This document shows, piece by piece, positions 46,519-55,461 of a stretch of 64,000 nucleotides of DNA. Position numbers and translations under genes: made by a program. The stretch's first letter is position 1. Each line of letters starts with the position of its first letter. The DNA comes from Candidatus Forterrea multitransposorum CG_2015-17_Forterrea_25_41 (GTDB lineage: Archaea > Iainarchaeota > Iainarchaeia > Iainarchaeales > CSSED10-239). The notes under the pieces are model-generated. The model did no database searches, was not told the DNA's origin, and saw only the letters and a list, made by a program, of their open reading frames with translations. The stretch lies in assembly GCA_009392915.1 (NCBI GenBank), contig CP045477.1:96001-160000 (forward strand). Reading direction: 5' to 3'.

Positions 46519-46559
46519 CTTTCTATTTTTATATAGATTTTAAAAAAAGAGGATAATTT

Positions 46560-46733
46560 ATGAGAAATATACAAGATGTATTAAAATCAGATTCCGATTA
46601 TGATTTTTCTGAATTTGATTATGATGAAGATCCTAAAAAGAAAAAACAAGACCAATTAGATTCACAAGAAGAAGAAATTCGTGTTGATGATGAATGGGAT
46701 GATGAGTCAGATGATAGTGATTCTGACTATTAA
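46560..46733 (+). CDS. 57-aa extremely acidic small protein (below the ORF-track cutoff)
   Basis: ATG 46560 preceded by GAGGA 7 nt upstream, stop TAA 46731-46733. Translation is MRNIQDVLKSDSDYDFSEFDYDEDPKKKKQDQLDSQEEEIRVDDEWDDESDDSDSDY. Confidence 0.4.
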   Translation: MRNIQDVLKSDSDYDFSEFDYDEDPKKKKQDQLDSQEEEIRVDDEWDDESDDSDSDY

Positions 46734-46853
46734 TTTTTTTTATTTTTTTACTTAATTTTAGTGCTATTTTTTAGTTAATAATAATCTATTTAAATACTTT
46801 GTACCATATATTATTATAGTGTTTTTAATAATTAATGAAAGGGGTATTTAAAT

Positions 46854-47267
46854 ATGAGTGAAGTTGAAAAACAAATAAATGATCAAGAAGTTTTAGAAAA
46901 AAAAGAAGAAGCTTTAGTTGATGATGAAGATGAAGCTTTAGAAGAAGATGATGAAAAACTTCCTTTCCCTAATGCTAGAGTTGTAAGACTTATGAGAGAA
47001 AGTTTAGATCAAAATAAACAAATCAAATCTGTTGTTAAAAAAGAAATGAATATTTTCTTAGGAAGAATAGTTGAAACTATTTGTAAGAAAATGAACGAAT
47101 TTGATTATAGTTATGTTGATTATGGTATGTTTAAGCAAGCAATAGAAACTTTTGAAAATATTCAAACAATTGAACTTGAAAAAATAAGAATCATAAAAGC
47201 TTTAGAAAAAATAAAAGCAGATTGTGATGTCTTAGTAAATGATGTTGAAAGAAAATTCCATGAATAG
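46854..47267 (+). CDS. histone-fold protein with acidic N-terminal tail and long C-terminal helix
   Basis: LPFPNARVVRLMRE (alpha1) - SLDQNKQIKS (L1) - VVKKEMNIFLGRIVETICKKMNEF (alpha2) - DYSYVDY (L2) - GMFKQAIE (alpha3) resembles archaeal histone / NF-Y-like folds. About 35 acidic residues lie before the fold and about 40 helical residues after it. Confidence 0.6.
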   Translation: MSEVEKQINDQEVLEKKEEALVDDEDEALEEDDEKLPFPNARVVRLMRESLDQNKQIKSVVKKEMNIFLGRIVETICKKMNEFDYSYVDYGMFKQAIETFENIQTIELEKIRIIKALEKIKADCDVLVNDVERKFHE

Positions 47268-47357
47268 ATGGAATTTTTTATTTTTATTTTTTTTAAAATA
47301 TTTTTTTTTTAACTTTAAAAAAAAACAAAAAACCTATTTAAAAAGAAGGTGATTTTT

Positions 47358-48980
47358 ATGACTGATTCTCAAACACAAAATAACGCCATGTTTGGTGAAG
47401 GAACTAGACGTGAGAGGGGCAAAGATGCTCAAAAAATAAACATACTTGTTGCAAAAGCAGTTGCTAATGCGGTAAAGTCTACTTTAGGTCCAAGAGGGAT
47501 GGACAAGATGCTTGTTGATGAACTTGGAGATGTAACTATTAGTAATGATGGTGCTACAATTTTAAAAGAAATGTCAATAGAACACCCTATAGGTAAGATG
47601 TTTGTTGAACTTGCAAAAACACAAGATGATGAAGTTGGAGATGGTACTACTTCAAGTGTTATTATTGCAGGTGAGTTAGTTTCTAAAGCTGAAAACTTAC
47701 TTGATGAAAATATACATTCTTCAATAATTATTAGAGGATATAAAATGGCTTCTGAGAAAGCAATTTCTTTTTATCAAGAAATTTCAGAAGATATTTCTTT
47801 AAGTGATAAAGATCTTTTATTAAATATTGCAAAAACTTCAATGACAGGAAAAGCTTCAGACTATAGTGATTATCTTTCAAAAGCTGTTGTTGATTCTATA
47901 TTGATGATTTTAAATGAAACAAATTATAAAGAAATTGATAGAGATAAAATAAGACTTGAAAAAAAGATTGGATCTTCAATTTCTGAAACAAAAATAATTG
48001 ATGGTATTGTTCTTGATAAAGAGATTGTGCATCCTGAAATGCCAAAATCTTTAGAAAATTGTAAAGTTGCAATTTTAAATACTGCTCTTGAGATTAGAGA
48101 ACCTGAAAATGATACTAAAATACAAATCAATTCTCCTGAACAACTTCAAATGTTTATTGAACAAGAAGAAAGTCAATTAAGAAAAATGGTTGATAAATTA
48201 ATTGAAACTAAAACAAATATTGTTTTTTGTCAAAAAGGAATTGATGATCTTGCAGAACATTATCTTTCAAAAGCTGGTATTTCTGCAATTAAAAGAGTTA
48301 AACAATCAGATATTGAAATTTTAGCAAAATCTTCAGGCGCAAAGATTATTACAAGAATAAATGATATGTCACAAGAAGATTTAGGTTTCTTTGGAAAAGT
48401 TTATGAAAAGAGAATTTCTGGAGAAAATATGTTGTTTATTGAAAATCCTAAACAAAAAGGAATTGTTACAATTCTTTTAAGAGGTTCTTCAGAACAAGTT
48501 TTATCTGAAACAGAAAGAACAATTACAGATGCTATTGGTGCTGTACTTTCTTCACTTAGATCAGGAAAATATGTTTCTGGTGGGGGTTCTTGTGAAATTG
48601 AAGTTTCTTTAAGACTTAAAAACTATGCTAAAACAATTGGAGGAAGAGAACAACTTGCAATTGAAGCATTTGCAGATGTTTTAGAATCTATTCCTAAAAT
48701 TTTAGCTGAAAGTTCTGGACTTGATGCAATTGATACTTTAGTTTCTTTAAGAAGTATACATCAAGATATAAATAATAAAAGTTATGGGGTAGATGTAATT
48801 AATAGTAAAATAGAAGATATGAAAAAATTACATGTTATTGAACCATTAAACCTTAAAACCCAAATTATTAATTCTTCTTTTGAAGTAGTTGAAATGATTC
48901 TTAGAATAGATGATATTATTGCAGCTTCTTCAAAGAATAAAGGGCAAGGTTTTCAAGGAATGCCAAATAATTTAATGTAG
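47358..48980 (+). CDS. ths: thermosome subunit (group II chaperonin)
   Basis: [30 protein letters not shown] and the rest collinear with the CCT/thermosome family. SD GAAGGTGA favours ATG 47358 (track GTG 47349). Confidence 0.95.
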   Translation: MTDSQTQNNAMFGEGTRRERGKDAQKINILVAKAVANAVKSTLGPRGMDKMLVDELGDVTISNDGATILKEMSIEHPIGKMFVELAKTQDDEVGDGTTSSVIIAGELVSKAENLLDENIHSSIIIRGYKMASEKAISFYQEISEDISLSDKDLLLNIAKTSMTGKASDYSDYLSKAVVDSILMILNETNYKEIDRDKIRLEKKIGSSISETKIIDGIVLDKEIVHPEMPKSLENCKVAILNTALEIREPENDTKIQINSPEQLQMFIEQEESQLRKMVDKLIETKTNIVFCQKGIDDLAEHYLSKAGISAIKRVKQSDIEILAKSSGAKIITRINDMSQEDLGFFGKVYEKRISGENMLFIENPKQKGIVTILLRGSSEQVLSETERTITDAIGAVLSSLRSGKYVSGGGSCEIEVSLRLKNYAKTIGGREQLAIEAFADVLESIPKILAESSGLDAIDTLVSLRSIHQDINNKSYGVDVINSKIEDMKKLHVIEPLNLKTQIINSSFEVVEMILRIDDIIAASSKNKGQGFQGMPNNLM

Positions 48981-49076
48981 ATTTTAAAAAAGAAAAATAT
49001 ATAAACTCTTACCTTCTATAAATATTTATAACTTGTAAATTTTAACAAGTTATTATTTTATAAATTTGATAAATAT

Positions 49077-49415
49077 ATGAAAGTAAAAGATATAAAACCT
49101 TTCCAAAAAAAAATAAGTCTTTTATGTAAAGTAATTTCAAAGACTGAAATAAGAAAAGTAGTTTCAAGATTAGATGAAATTGAACATAAAGTTTGTGAAG
49201 CTTTAATTGGTGATGATACTGGTGTTGTTTATCTTACTTTATGGGATTTATCTATAGAAAATTTACAAGAAGGTAAGGTTTATTCTTTTGAAAATCTTTA
49301 TTCTTCAGAGTTTAAAAAATCTTTAAGACTTAATCTTGGAAGATTTGGAGAATTTAAAGAAGTTTCTCAAGAAATTGAAGTAAACAAAGAAAATAATCTT
49401 TCAAAAGAAGTTTAA
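49077..49415 (+). CDS. single OB-fold ssDNA-binding protein (RPA/SSB-like)
   Basis: 112 aa. IKPFQKKISLLCKVISK..., ..EALIGDDTGVVYLTLWD.., ..GKVYSFENLY...F.....L.LG pattern of short archaeal OB-fold SSBs. Confidence 0.55.
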   Translation: MKVKDIKPFQKKISLLCKVISKTEIRKVVSRLDEIEHKVCEALIGDDTGVVYLTLWDLSIENLQEGKVYSFENLYSSEFKKSLRLNLGRFGEFKEVSQEIEVNKENNLSKEV

Positions 49416-49450
49416 TTTTTTTCTTTTTAAAAAAGTATTATTATTATTTT

Positions 49451-49525
49451 GGAAGTGTAGCTTAGTCTGGTTAGAGCATTGGTCTTATACACCAAAGGTC
49501 GCAGGTTCGAATCCTGCCATTTCCA
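49451..49525 (+). tRNA. tRNA-Ile (anticodon UAU)
   Basis: Acceptor GGAAGTG/CATTTCC, anticodon stem TTGGT/ACCAA, loop CTTATAC (UAU), T arm GCAGG-TTCGAAT-CCTGC. D and T arms almost identical to tRNA-Ile(GAU) at 46444. Confidence 0.85.
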
Positions 49526-49582
49526 CTTTTTTTTAAAAATAAAGCTTTATAAATCTAATTAACTACTATATATTAGATAATT

Positions 49583-50956
49583 ATGGGTTATTCTTTTAAA
49601 AAAGAAAGTAGATTATTTTTTTGGATATTAAGTATTTTACTTTCTTCATTAATATTTTCTATATTATATTTCTTCCAAGTGTTTGGAAGTTCTCAAAATA
49701 ATTCTCTTTCATTTATCTTTTCATTAATTATTTTAATTGTTTTATTTATTGTTGGTATGTTTAATTATAAACTTACAACAAAGCTATATGGTTTTATTTC
49801 TTCACAAAGAGATTTATCTAAACTTATAAGTAGAATTAATCTAGATGATTCTGAAGAAAATATTCAAAAAATGATTAGTAGATTTAAAGAAGTTTTTTAT
49901 AATCTTGATCTTTCAGATAAAGAAGGTTCAATTTTAATTATTAGAAAAACTGTTGGCTTAGATTCTGATGCTGCTTTCAAAGTATATAAGATTCTAAAAA
50001 ATATTAGTTTTACAAAAAATGTTTTAACTATTTCTGGTTTTTTAATATCTGTAATTGTTTATTTTATAATTACAAAAATTAATTTTTTTAATATTATTAC
50101 TGAAACTAAGTTTTTCCCACTTGCAATTTCTTTATTATTATTTTTTATATTTTTATTTGAAAGTAGATTGTCTTCTAAAATACCTTCTAGTTTTTATATT
50201 AACCTTGTAATTATTAATAAAAAAGCATTAACAAATAGTAAAAAGGATGTAATTGATAGTGAAAATCAATTAAATAATATTTTTAAAAAAAGAGATGAAA
50301 TTAGAGAAAAAATAAAAGATATTGTTTTTAATTTAACAAAACAAGGTTTTAAAAAAAAAGATGTTGTTGAAATAATTAATTCTAGAAAAAAAGATTCTTA
50401 TGGTCTAAAAGATTTAATTATGCAATCAAATGAAGATTTTAATTCAGAAGCAAAAAAAGCTTCTTTTAAAGATGTTTCTTTAGATATTGAGAATATTTTA
50501 AAATTTTATGAAGATGTTAAAAATAAAGAAAAAGAAGTGCTTTCTTTAAAAGAGAAAATAAACCAAATTAGAGAAATTCAAGAAACTGTTGAAAAAATAA
50601 ATTCTAATGATTGGGATTATTATAAAAATATTAAATTTAATTTAAATAAATCTAAAGAATTTGAAAGAAACATAACTGATGAAATTTCAAGTAAATTACA
50701 TCATAGATCTGAACTTAAGGAAGATAAAGAAGTTATAATTAAAAATTTATATAATTTATTCATAAATTATAAAGACTCAATTACAAAAGATCAAGTTTAT
50801 TCTTTTTTAATTTCTAAAGGTTATTGTTATGAAACTATTATGGATCTTTTTGATGAATTTAAGAAAAATAATATTGATTTAACTAAAAATAAAAAAACTT
50901 TTCAAGACAAAATTATTTCAAAGATTAATAATGTTTATGAAAGTTTTAAAGATTAG
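49583..50956 (+). CDS. uncharacterised 4-TM / coiled-coil protein, paralog B (see 36792-38186)
   Basis: Same architecture and shared strings as paralog A: LFFWI, SEENIQ/TEENID, [KR][IM]P[SD]SFY[IL]NL[VI][IN]INK, C-terminal ..GY.YE.[IV].D...[EK]FK...I......K..F..K[IL][IV][SN]KIN..YE.F. Confidence 0.6.
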   Translation: MGYSFKKESRLFFWILSILLSSLIFSILYFFQVFGSSQNNSLSFIFSLIILIVLFIVGMFNYKLTTKLYGFISSQRDLSKLISRINLDDSEENIQKMISRFKEVFYNLDLSDKEGSILIIRKTVGLDSDAAFKVYKILKNISFTKNVLTISGFLISVIVYFIITKINFFNIITETKFFPLAISLLLFFIFLFESRLSSKIPSSFYINLVIINKKALTNSKKDVIDSENQLNNIFKKRDEIREKIKDIVFNLTKQGFKKKDVVEIINSRKKDSYGLKDLIMQSNEDFNSEAKKASFKDVSLDIENILKFYEDVKNKEKEVLSLKEKINQIREIQETVEKINSNDWDYYKNIKFNLNKSKEFERNITDEISSKLHHRSELKEDKEVIIKNLYNLFINYKDSITKDQVYSFLISKGYCYETIMDLFDEFKKNNIDLTKNKKTFQDKIISKINNVYESFKD

Positions 50957-51061
50957 TTTTTAGATAAATTTAAAAATCTGTTTATAAATATAATAAATAA
51001 AAGAGATATATTTAAATTTAAAAGAGATAATAAAAATAGATAATAAAAGAGATAATAAAAC

Positions 51062-52408
51062 ATGATTGAACCAAACACATTTTTTTTAATATTTTCAGCA
51101 ATTTTTTTAATTGCTTTTTTTGGAAATCTTTTTTTTAAAAAGACAAGATTTTCAGATATTTCTATTCTTTTAATCATCGGTTTTTTAATTGGTTCTGTGT
51201 TTAACATTATTACCAATTCTCAACTTGAAATTTTAAAAAGTATGTCTTCTTTATTTGGTTCTTTAGCTTTAATTATTATTCTTTTTGAAGGTGGACTTCA
51301 TCTTAATTTTTATAAAGTTTTAAGAGAGATTGGAAAAGCTACAATGTTTACAATTGCAGTTTTCTTTTTTACAGTTCTTTTCTCTGGAGTTTTACTTCAT
51401 TATATTTTTTCAATACCTGCAATTTATGCACTTTTAATTGGTTCTGCAATTGGAGGTGTAAGTTCTGCTGTGGTAATTCCTTTAGTTATGAACTCTAAAT
51501 CTAAAGAAGAAACTAAAACTTTAATTACTTTAGAGTCTGCAATTACTGATGTTTTGTGTATTATTGTCTTTATAACTCTTTTTGAAATAATTGTGACTCA
51601 AAAATCAAGTATTCAGTTTGTTACTCAAAATATAATTTCTGCATTTGCAATTGCAACTGTTATAGGTGCAGTTTCAGGAATTGTTTGGACAAAGGTTTTA
51701 AGAGATTTTAATGTTATTAGAAAATTTAATTATCTTTTAACTCTTTCTTTTTTATTTTTAATTTATGTTTTAATTGAATATGCAAAAGGAAATGGAGCTT
51801 TTGGAGTTTTAATCTTTGGTTTAGTTTTAGGTAATTCTAATGAAATTTTAAAAATATTTAAAATGAAAACTTTAAGTCTTGATAATGTTGTTAGTTTAAA
51901 TGAAGTTTATAAGTTTCAAGCAGAAATTAGTTTATTTATTAAAGCATTTTTCTTTATTTATTTAGGACTTATAATTGATCTTTCTTCTGTAACTTTAAAT
52001 ATTATTTTAATTTCTGCAGTTTTAATTTTTGTATCAATTGCTTCTAGGTATTTATCCATTTATATATTTTCTGGAGATAAGACAATTAAGCAAGATACAA
52101 GATATATTTTATCTCTTCATGCAAGAGGACTTGCTGCTGCTGTTTTAGGTACTTATCCAATTGCTATGGGTCTTGTAAACAATTATACTTTAATCCTTTT
52201 ACCAATAACTTTCCTTGTAATCTTTTTAACAAATATTACAACTACTTTTATGTTTTTCTTTACAGAAAGAAATAAACTTAAGGAAGAGTCTTTAAATGAA
52301 GAATCTTCAGAAAAAGATTCTTCTCAGGAAGAAGAAACTAATCCTTATAGTTTAATTAAAAAATCTAATAAAAATAAAGATTCTAAAGAAAAAATAGATG
52401 ATAATTAA
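51062..52408 (+). CDS. cation:proton antiporter (Na+/H+ exchanger family, CPA1/NhaP-like)
   Basis: About 12 TM helices, LFEGGLHL.. and ..ESAITDVLCI.. motifs typical of PF00999. Hydrophilic K/E/S tail. Confidence 0.7.
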   Translation: MIEPNTFFLIFSAIFLIAFFGNLFFKKTRFSDISILLIIGFLIGSVFNIITNSQLEILKSMSSLFGSLALIIILFEGGLHLNFYKVLREIGKATMFTIAVFFFTVLFSGVLLHYIFSIPAIYALLIGSAIGGVSSAVVIPLVMNSKSKEETKTLITLESAITDVLCIIVFITLFEIIVTQKSSIQFVTQNIISAFAIATVIGAVSGIVWTKVLRDFNVIRKFNYLLTLSFLFLIYVLIEYAKGNGAFGVLIFGLVLGNSNEILKIFKMKTLSLDNVVSLNEVYKFQAEISLFIKAFFFIYLGLIIDLSSVTLNIILISAVLIFVSIASRYLSIYIFSGDKTIKQDTRYILSLHARGLAAAVLGTYPIAMGLVNNYTLILLPITFLVIFLTNITTTFMFFFTERNKLKEESLNEESSEKDSSQEEETNPYSLIKKSNKNKDSKEKIDDN

Positions 52409-52414
52409 AAATCT

Positions 52415-52474
52415 ATTCCTTTATAAATATTTTGTATCTATAAAATATTTATGACTTACAATAATACTTTAAGT
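52415..52474 (+). promoter_or_regulatory. shared ~58-nt promoter/leader element, copy A (upstream of ileS)
   Basis: ATTCCTTTATAAATATTTTG (52415-52434) is identical to 55743-55762. Downstream blocks AATATTTATG and CAA(T)AATACTTT are also shared. Contains TATA box TTTATAAATA at 52420-52429, about 175 nt before the ATG. Confidence 0.5.
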
Positions 52475-52527
52475 TTTTATAAAGATAACTTAATTTCTAT
52501 AATTATAAGTATTATTATATATTGATA

Positions 52528-52603
52528 GGCAAAGATTAACCTTCATTCTAATTTTAATCTTTTGCCAAAATTTTAAGCTTTAAAGGTAGGTGGGCAAAAA
52601 TTA
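52528..52603 (+). promoter_or_regulatory. ileS leader hairpin with alternative pairing onto the SD/start region
   Basis: GGCAAAGATTAA (52528-52539) pairs with TTAATCTTTTGCC (52554-52566), 12 bp with one bulge. The nearly identical GGCAAAAATTA (52593-52603) overlaps the spacer and start codon and could pair with the same 3' arm. Confidence 0.35.
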
Positions 52604-55443
52604 TGTTTTCAAATCAAAATGAAAAAGAAATAAAAGAGTTTTGGGAAAAAAATAATATTCCTAAAAAAGTAAGAGAAAAAGAGTCTGATAAACATTATTA
52701 TTTTATAGACGGACCTCCATATGCAACAGGTTCTATTCATTTAGGAACTGCAATGAACAGGATCTTAAAAGATATTCTTTATAGGTTTAAAAGACAAGAA
52801 GGTTTTAAGGTTTTAGACATTCCTGGTTTTGATACTCATGGTGTGCCAATAGAACGTAAGGTGCAAAAAAAATATGATTTAAAATCAAAAGAAGATATTG
52901 AAGCTTTTGGTATTGAAAAATTTTCAAAAGAATGTCATGCATTTGCAACTAAACACATCTCTGAAATGTCAAAAGATATTTATGATTTAGGACAATGGAT
53001 GGATTGGGAAAATCCATATAGAACTTTAGATCAAACCTATATGCAATCTGCTTGGTGGACTTTTAAAAAAGCTTTTGATAAAGGTCTTTTATTTCATGAC
53101 AAATATCCTATCCATGTCTGTCCTGATTGTGAAACTTCAGTTTCTTTTAATGAAATTGAATATCAAGATTTAACTGATCTTTCAATTTTTGTTTCCTTAC
53201 AATCAAAAGAAGATTCTTCTCTTTTCTTTGTTATTTGGACAACAACTCCATGGACTCTACCTGCAAACATGGCAATCATGGTTCACCCTAAATATACATA
53301 TGTTGAGCTTATCTCAAACAATAAAAAATATATTGTTGCAAAAGATTTATCTGAAAAATTAATAAAAGAATTTAATTTTGAAAACTATACTTTAGGTAAA
53401 GAATATTTAGGAGAAGAACTTGTAGGTAAAGAATATCTTCCTGTTCTAGGAGAATGGTTAAATCTTCCTGAAGATTATACAAAAAATGCATATAAAATAA
53501 TCTCTTCAGCAAGACATGTAAACCTAGAAGACGGTTCTGGTTTAGTTCATTGTGCTCCAGGACATGGTAAAGAAGATTATCAAGTTGGAAGAGAATTTAA
53601 TATTCCTATATTTTCTCCGGTTACAATGTCAGGTGAGTATGATGATTCTGTTTCTTTTGGAAAAGGAAAAAAAGTTAAAGAACTTGATTTAGATATAATG
53701 AAATATTTACATGAAAAAGAATGTATCTTAGCTAAAAGAAAAGTAAAACATAGTTACCCTACATGTTGGAGATGTCATAATCCTTTAATAATGGTATCTT
53801 TACCTCAGTGGTTTTTAAGAATTGAAGATTTAAAACCAAGACTTGTAGAACTTAATGAAAGTGAAGTTTCTTGGCATCCTTCTTGGGGAAAAGATAGATT
53901 TTCAAACTGGCTTAAAAATTTATCTGATTGGCCAATTTCAAGAGCAAGATATTGGGGAACTCCTGTTCCTATTTGGAAATGTGATAACTGTGAAAAAATA
54001 CATGTCTTTGAGTCTTTAGAAGATTTAAAGAAAAAAGCTCCTGAAGTAGATTTAAATATGGATATTCATAAACCATTTATTGACAAAATAGAAATTACTT
54101 GTGATTGTGGAACAAAGGTGAAAAGAATTCCAGAAGTATTTGATGTTTGGTTTGATTCTGGTGTTGCATCATGGGCATCTTTAGGTTATCCTTTCAAAAA
54201 AGAATTATTTGATAAATATTGGCCAGCAGATGCTAATTTAGAAGGTCCTGATCAAATAAGAGGTTGGTGGAATTCTCAAATAATTGCTTCTGTAATTGCT
54301 TTTGATAAAGTTCCATTTAAACAAATTTCTATGCATGGTATGGTTCTTGCTGGAGATAAAAGAAAGCTTTCTAAATCTGAAGGAAATGATATTCCTTTAA
54401 TTGAAAGATTTTCACAAACTTCAATTGATTACTATAGATATTATTTTGCAAAAGAATTTTCAGGAGAAGACATTGTTTTAGATTCTAAAAAATTTGATGA
54501 AGTTAGAAGAACTTTAAATCTTTTAGAAAATCTTTATAATTTCATTTCTCTTTATGATGAAAAACAAACATTTGTAACTTCTTTAGATGTTTCAAAAGAA
54601 ACTTTACTTGTTGAAGATAAATGGATTCTTTCAAGATTTAATAATCTTTTAAAAAATAGTTATGCAAACTTTTCAACAACTAACTATTCAAAAGTTATAA
54701 ATGATTTTGAAAAATTTTTGCTTGAAGATTTTAGTAGAATATATGTTAAACTTTTAAGAAAAAGAAAAGATGAAAATCATGTTCTTTCATATGTCTTTTC
54801 CTCAAGTTTAATATTGATCTCACCAATAGTTCCTCATTTTACAGAATTCATGTATCAAAAGTTTTCTGTAAAAGAAAAAGAATCTGTGCATTTCTACCAT
54901 AATCCTTTAATCAATGAAAGTTTAATTGATTTAGATCTTGAAAAGAACTTTGACCTTTCTCAAGAAGTTGTAAAAACAGCTCTTTCTTTAAGAGAGGACT
55001 TAAAGAAAAGATTAAGATGGATCTTACCTGAAATGCATGTTGTTTTAAAAGACTTTGAAAAAATATCTATCTTTAAGGAAATTATAGAAGATATGGCAAA
55101 TATTGAAAATGTAAGTTTTTCAAATAATGCTCCTGATAACATGCCTTCAAAAGAAGTTTTAAAAGATGTTTTTGTATACATTAATGAAAACATTGATTCT
55201 TCTTATAAAGAAGTTTGGGAAGTATCAGAGCTTACAAGGCTTATACAGTCTGAGAGAAAGAAACAAAAGTTAAATCCAAATGATAAAGTTTCTTTGAAGA
55301 TATCTTGTAGTGAAAAAGATTTCCTTGTAAAAAATAAACCTAAAATTGAAGATGCAACAAACACTATTCTTGATATCTTGGACGATTTAAGTGAAGACAA
55401 TAAACAAAAGTTAATAGAGAGAGAAGTTTCTTTCTCTTTTTAA
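52603..55443 (+). CDS. ileS: isoleucyl-tRNA synthetase
   Basis: HIGH (PPYATGSIHLGTAMN) and KMSKS (KLSKS) motifs, editing domain, Cys clusters CPDC/CWRCHNP/CDNC/CDCG. 946 aa. Confidence 0.95.
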   Translation: MFSNQNEKEIKEFWEKNNIPKKVREKESDKHYYFIDGPPYATGSIHLGTAMNRILKDILYRFKRQEGFKVLDIPGFDTHGVPIERKVQKKYDLKSKEDIEAFGIEKFSKECHAFATKHISEMSKDIYDLGQWMDWENPYRTLDQTYMQSAWWTFKKAFDKGLLFHDKYPIHVCPDCETSVSFNEIEYQDLTDLSIFVSLQSKEDSSLFFVIWTTTPWTLPANMAIMVHPKYTYVELISNNKKYIVAKDLSEKLIKEFNFENYTLGKEYLGEELVGKEYLPVLGEWLNLPEDYTKNAYKIISSARHVNLEDGSGLVHCAPGHGKEDYQVGREFNIPIFSPVTMSGEYDDSVSFGKGKKVKELDLDIMKYLHEKECILAKRKVKHSYPTCWRCHNPLIMVSLPQWFLRIEDLKPRLVELNESEVSWHPSWGKDRFSNWLKNLSDWPISRARYWGTPVPIWKCDNCEKIHVFESLEDLKKKAPEVDLNMDIHKPFIDKIEITCDCGTKVKRIPEVFDVWFDSGVASWASLGYPFKKELFDKYWPADANLEGPDQIRGWWNSQIIASVIAFDKVPFKQISMHGMVLAGDKRKLSKSEGNDIPLIERFSQTSIDYYRYYFAKEFSGEDIVLDSKKFDEVRRTLNLLENLYNFISLYDEKQTFVTSLDVSKETLLVEDKWILSRFNNLLKNSYANFSTTNYSKVINDFEKFLLEDFSRIYVKLLRKRKDENHVLSYVFSSSLILISPIVPHFTEFMYQKFSVKEKESVHFYHNPLINESLIDLDLEKNFDLSQEVVKTALSLREDLKKRLRWILPEMHVVLKDFEKISIFKEIIEDMANIENVSFSNNAPDNMPSKEVLKDVFVYINENIDSSYKEVWEVSELTRLIQSERKKQKLNPNDKVSLKISCSEKDFLVKNKPKIEDATNTILDILDDLSEDNKQKLIEREVSFSF

Positions 55444-55461
55444 TTTTTTAAGTGATATTTT

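Noticed and set aside
1044-48130. Other nested shadow ORFs from the track (1044-1253, 8366-8629, 9359-9583, 10618-10848, 16374-16565, 21722-21943, 23328-23528, 38695-38901, 47924-48130)
   Set aside because: Each lies wholly inside, and mostly antisense to, a longer ORF with recognised motifs. None has its own SD or promoter.
50953-51216. 87-aa minus-strand ORF between paralog B and the antiporter
   Set aside because: It overlaps the well-supported antiporter start and an AT-rich intergenic region. Its composition is low-complexity K/I/L/F and it has no SD.
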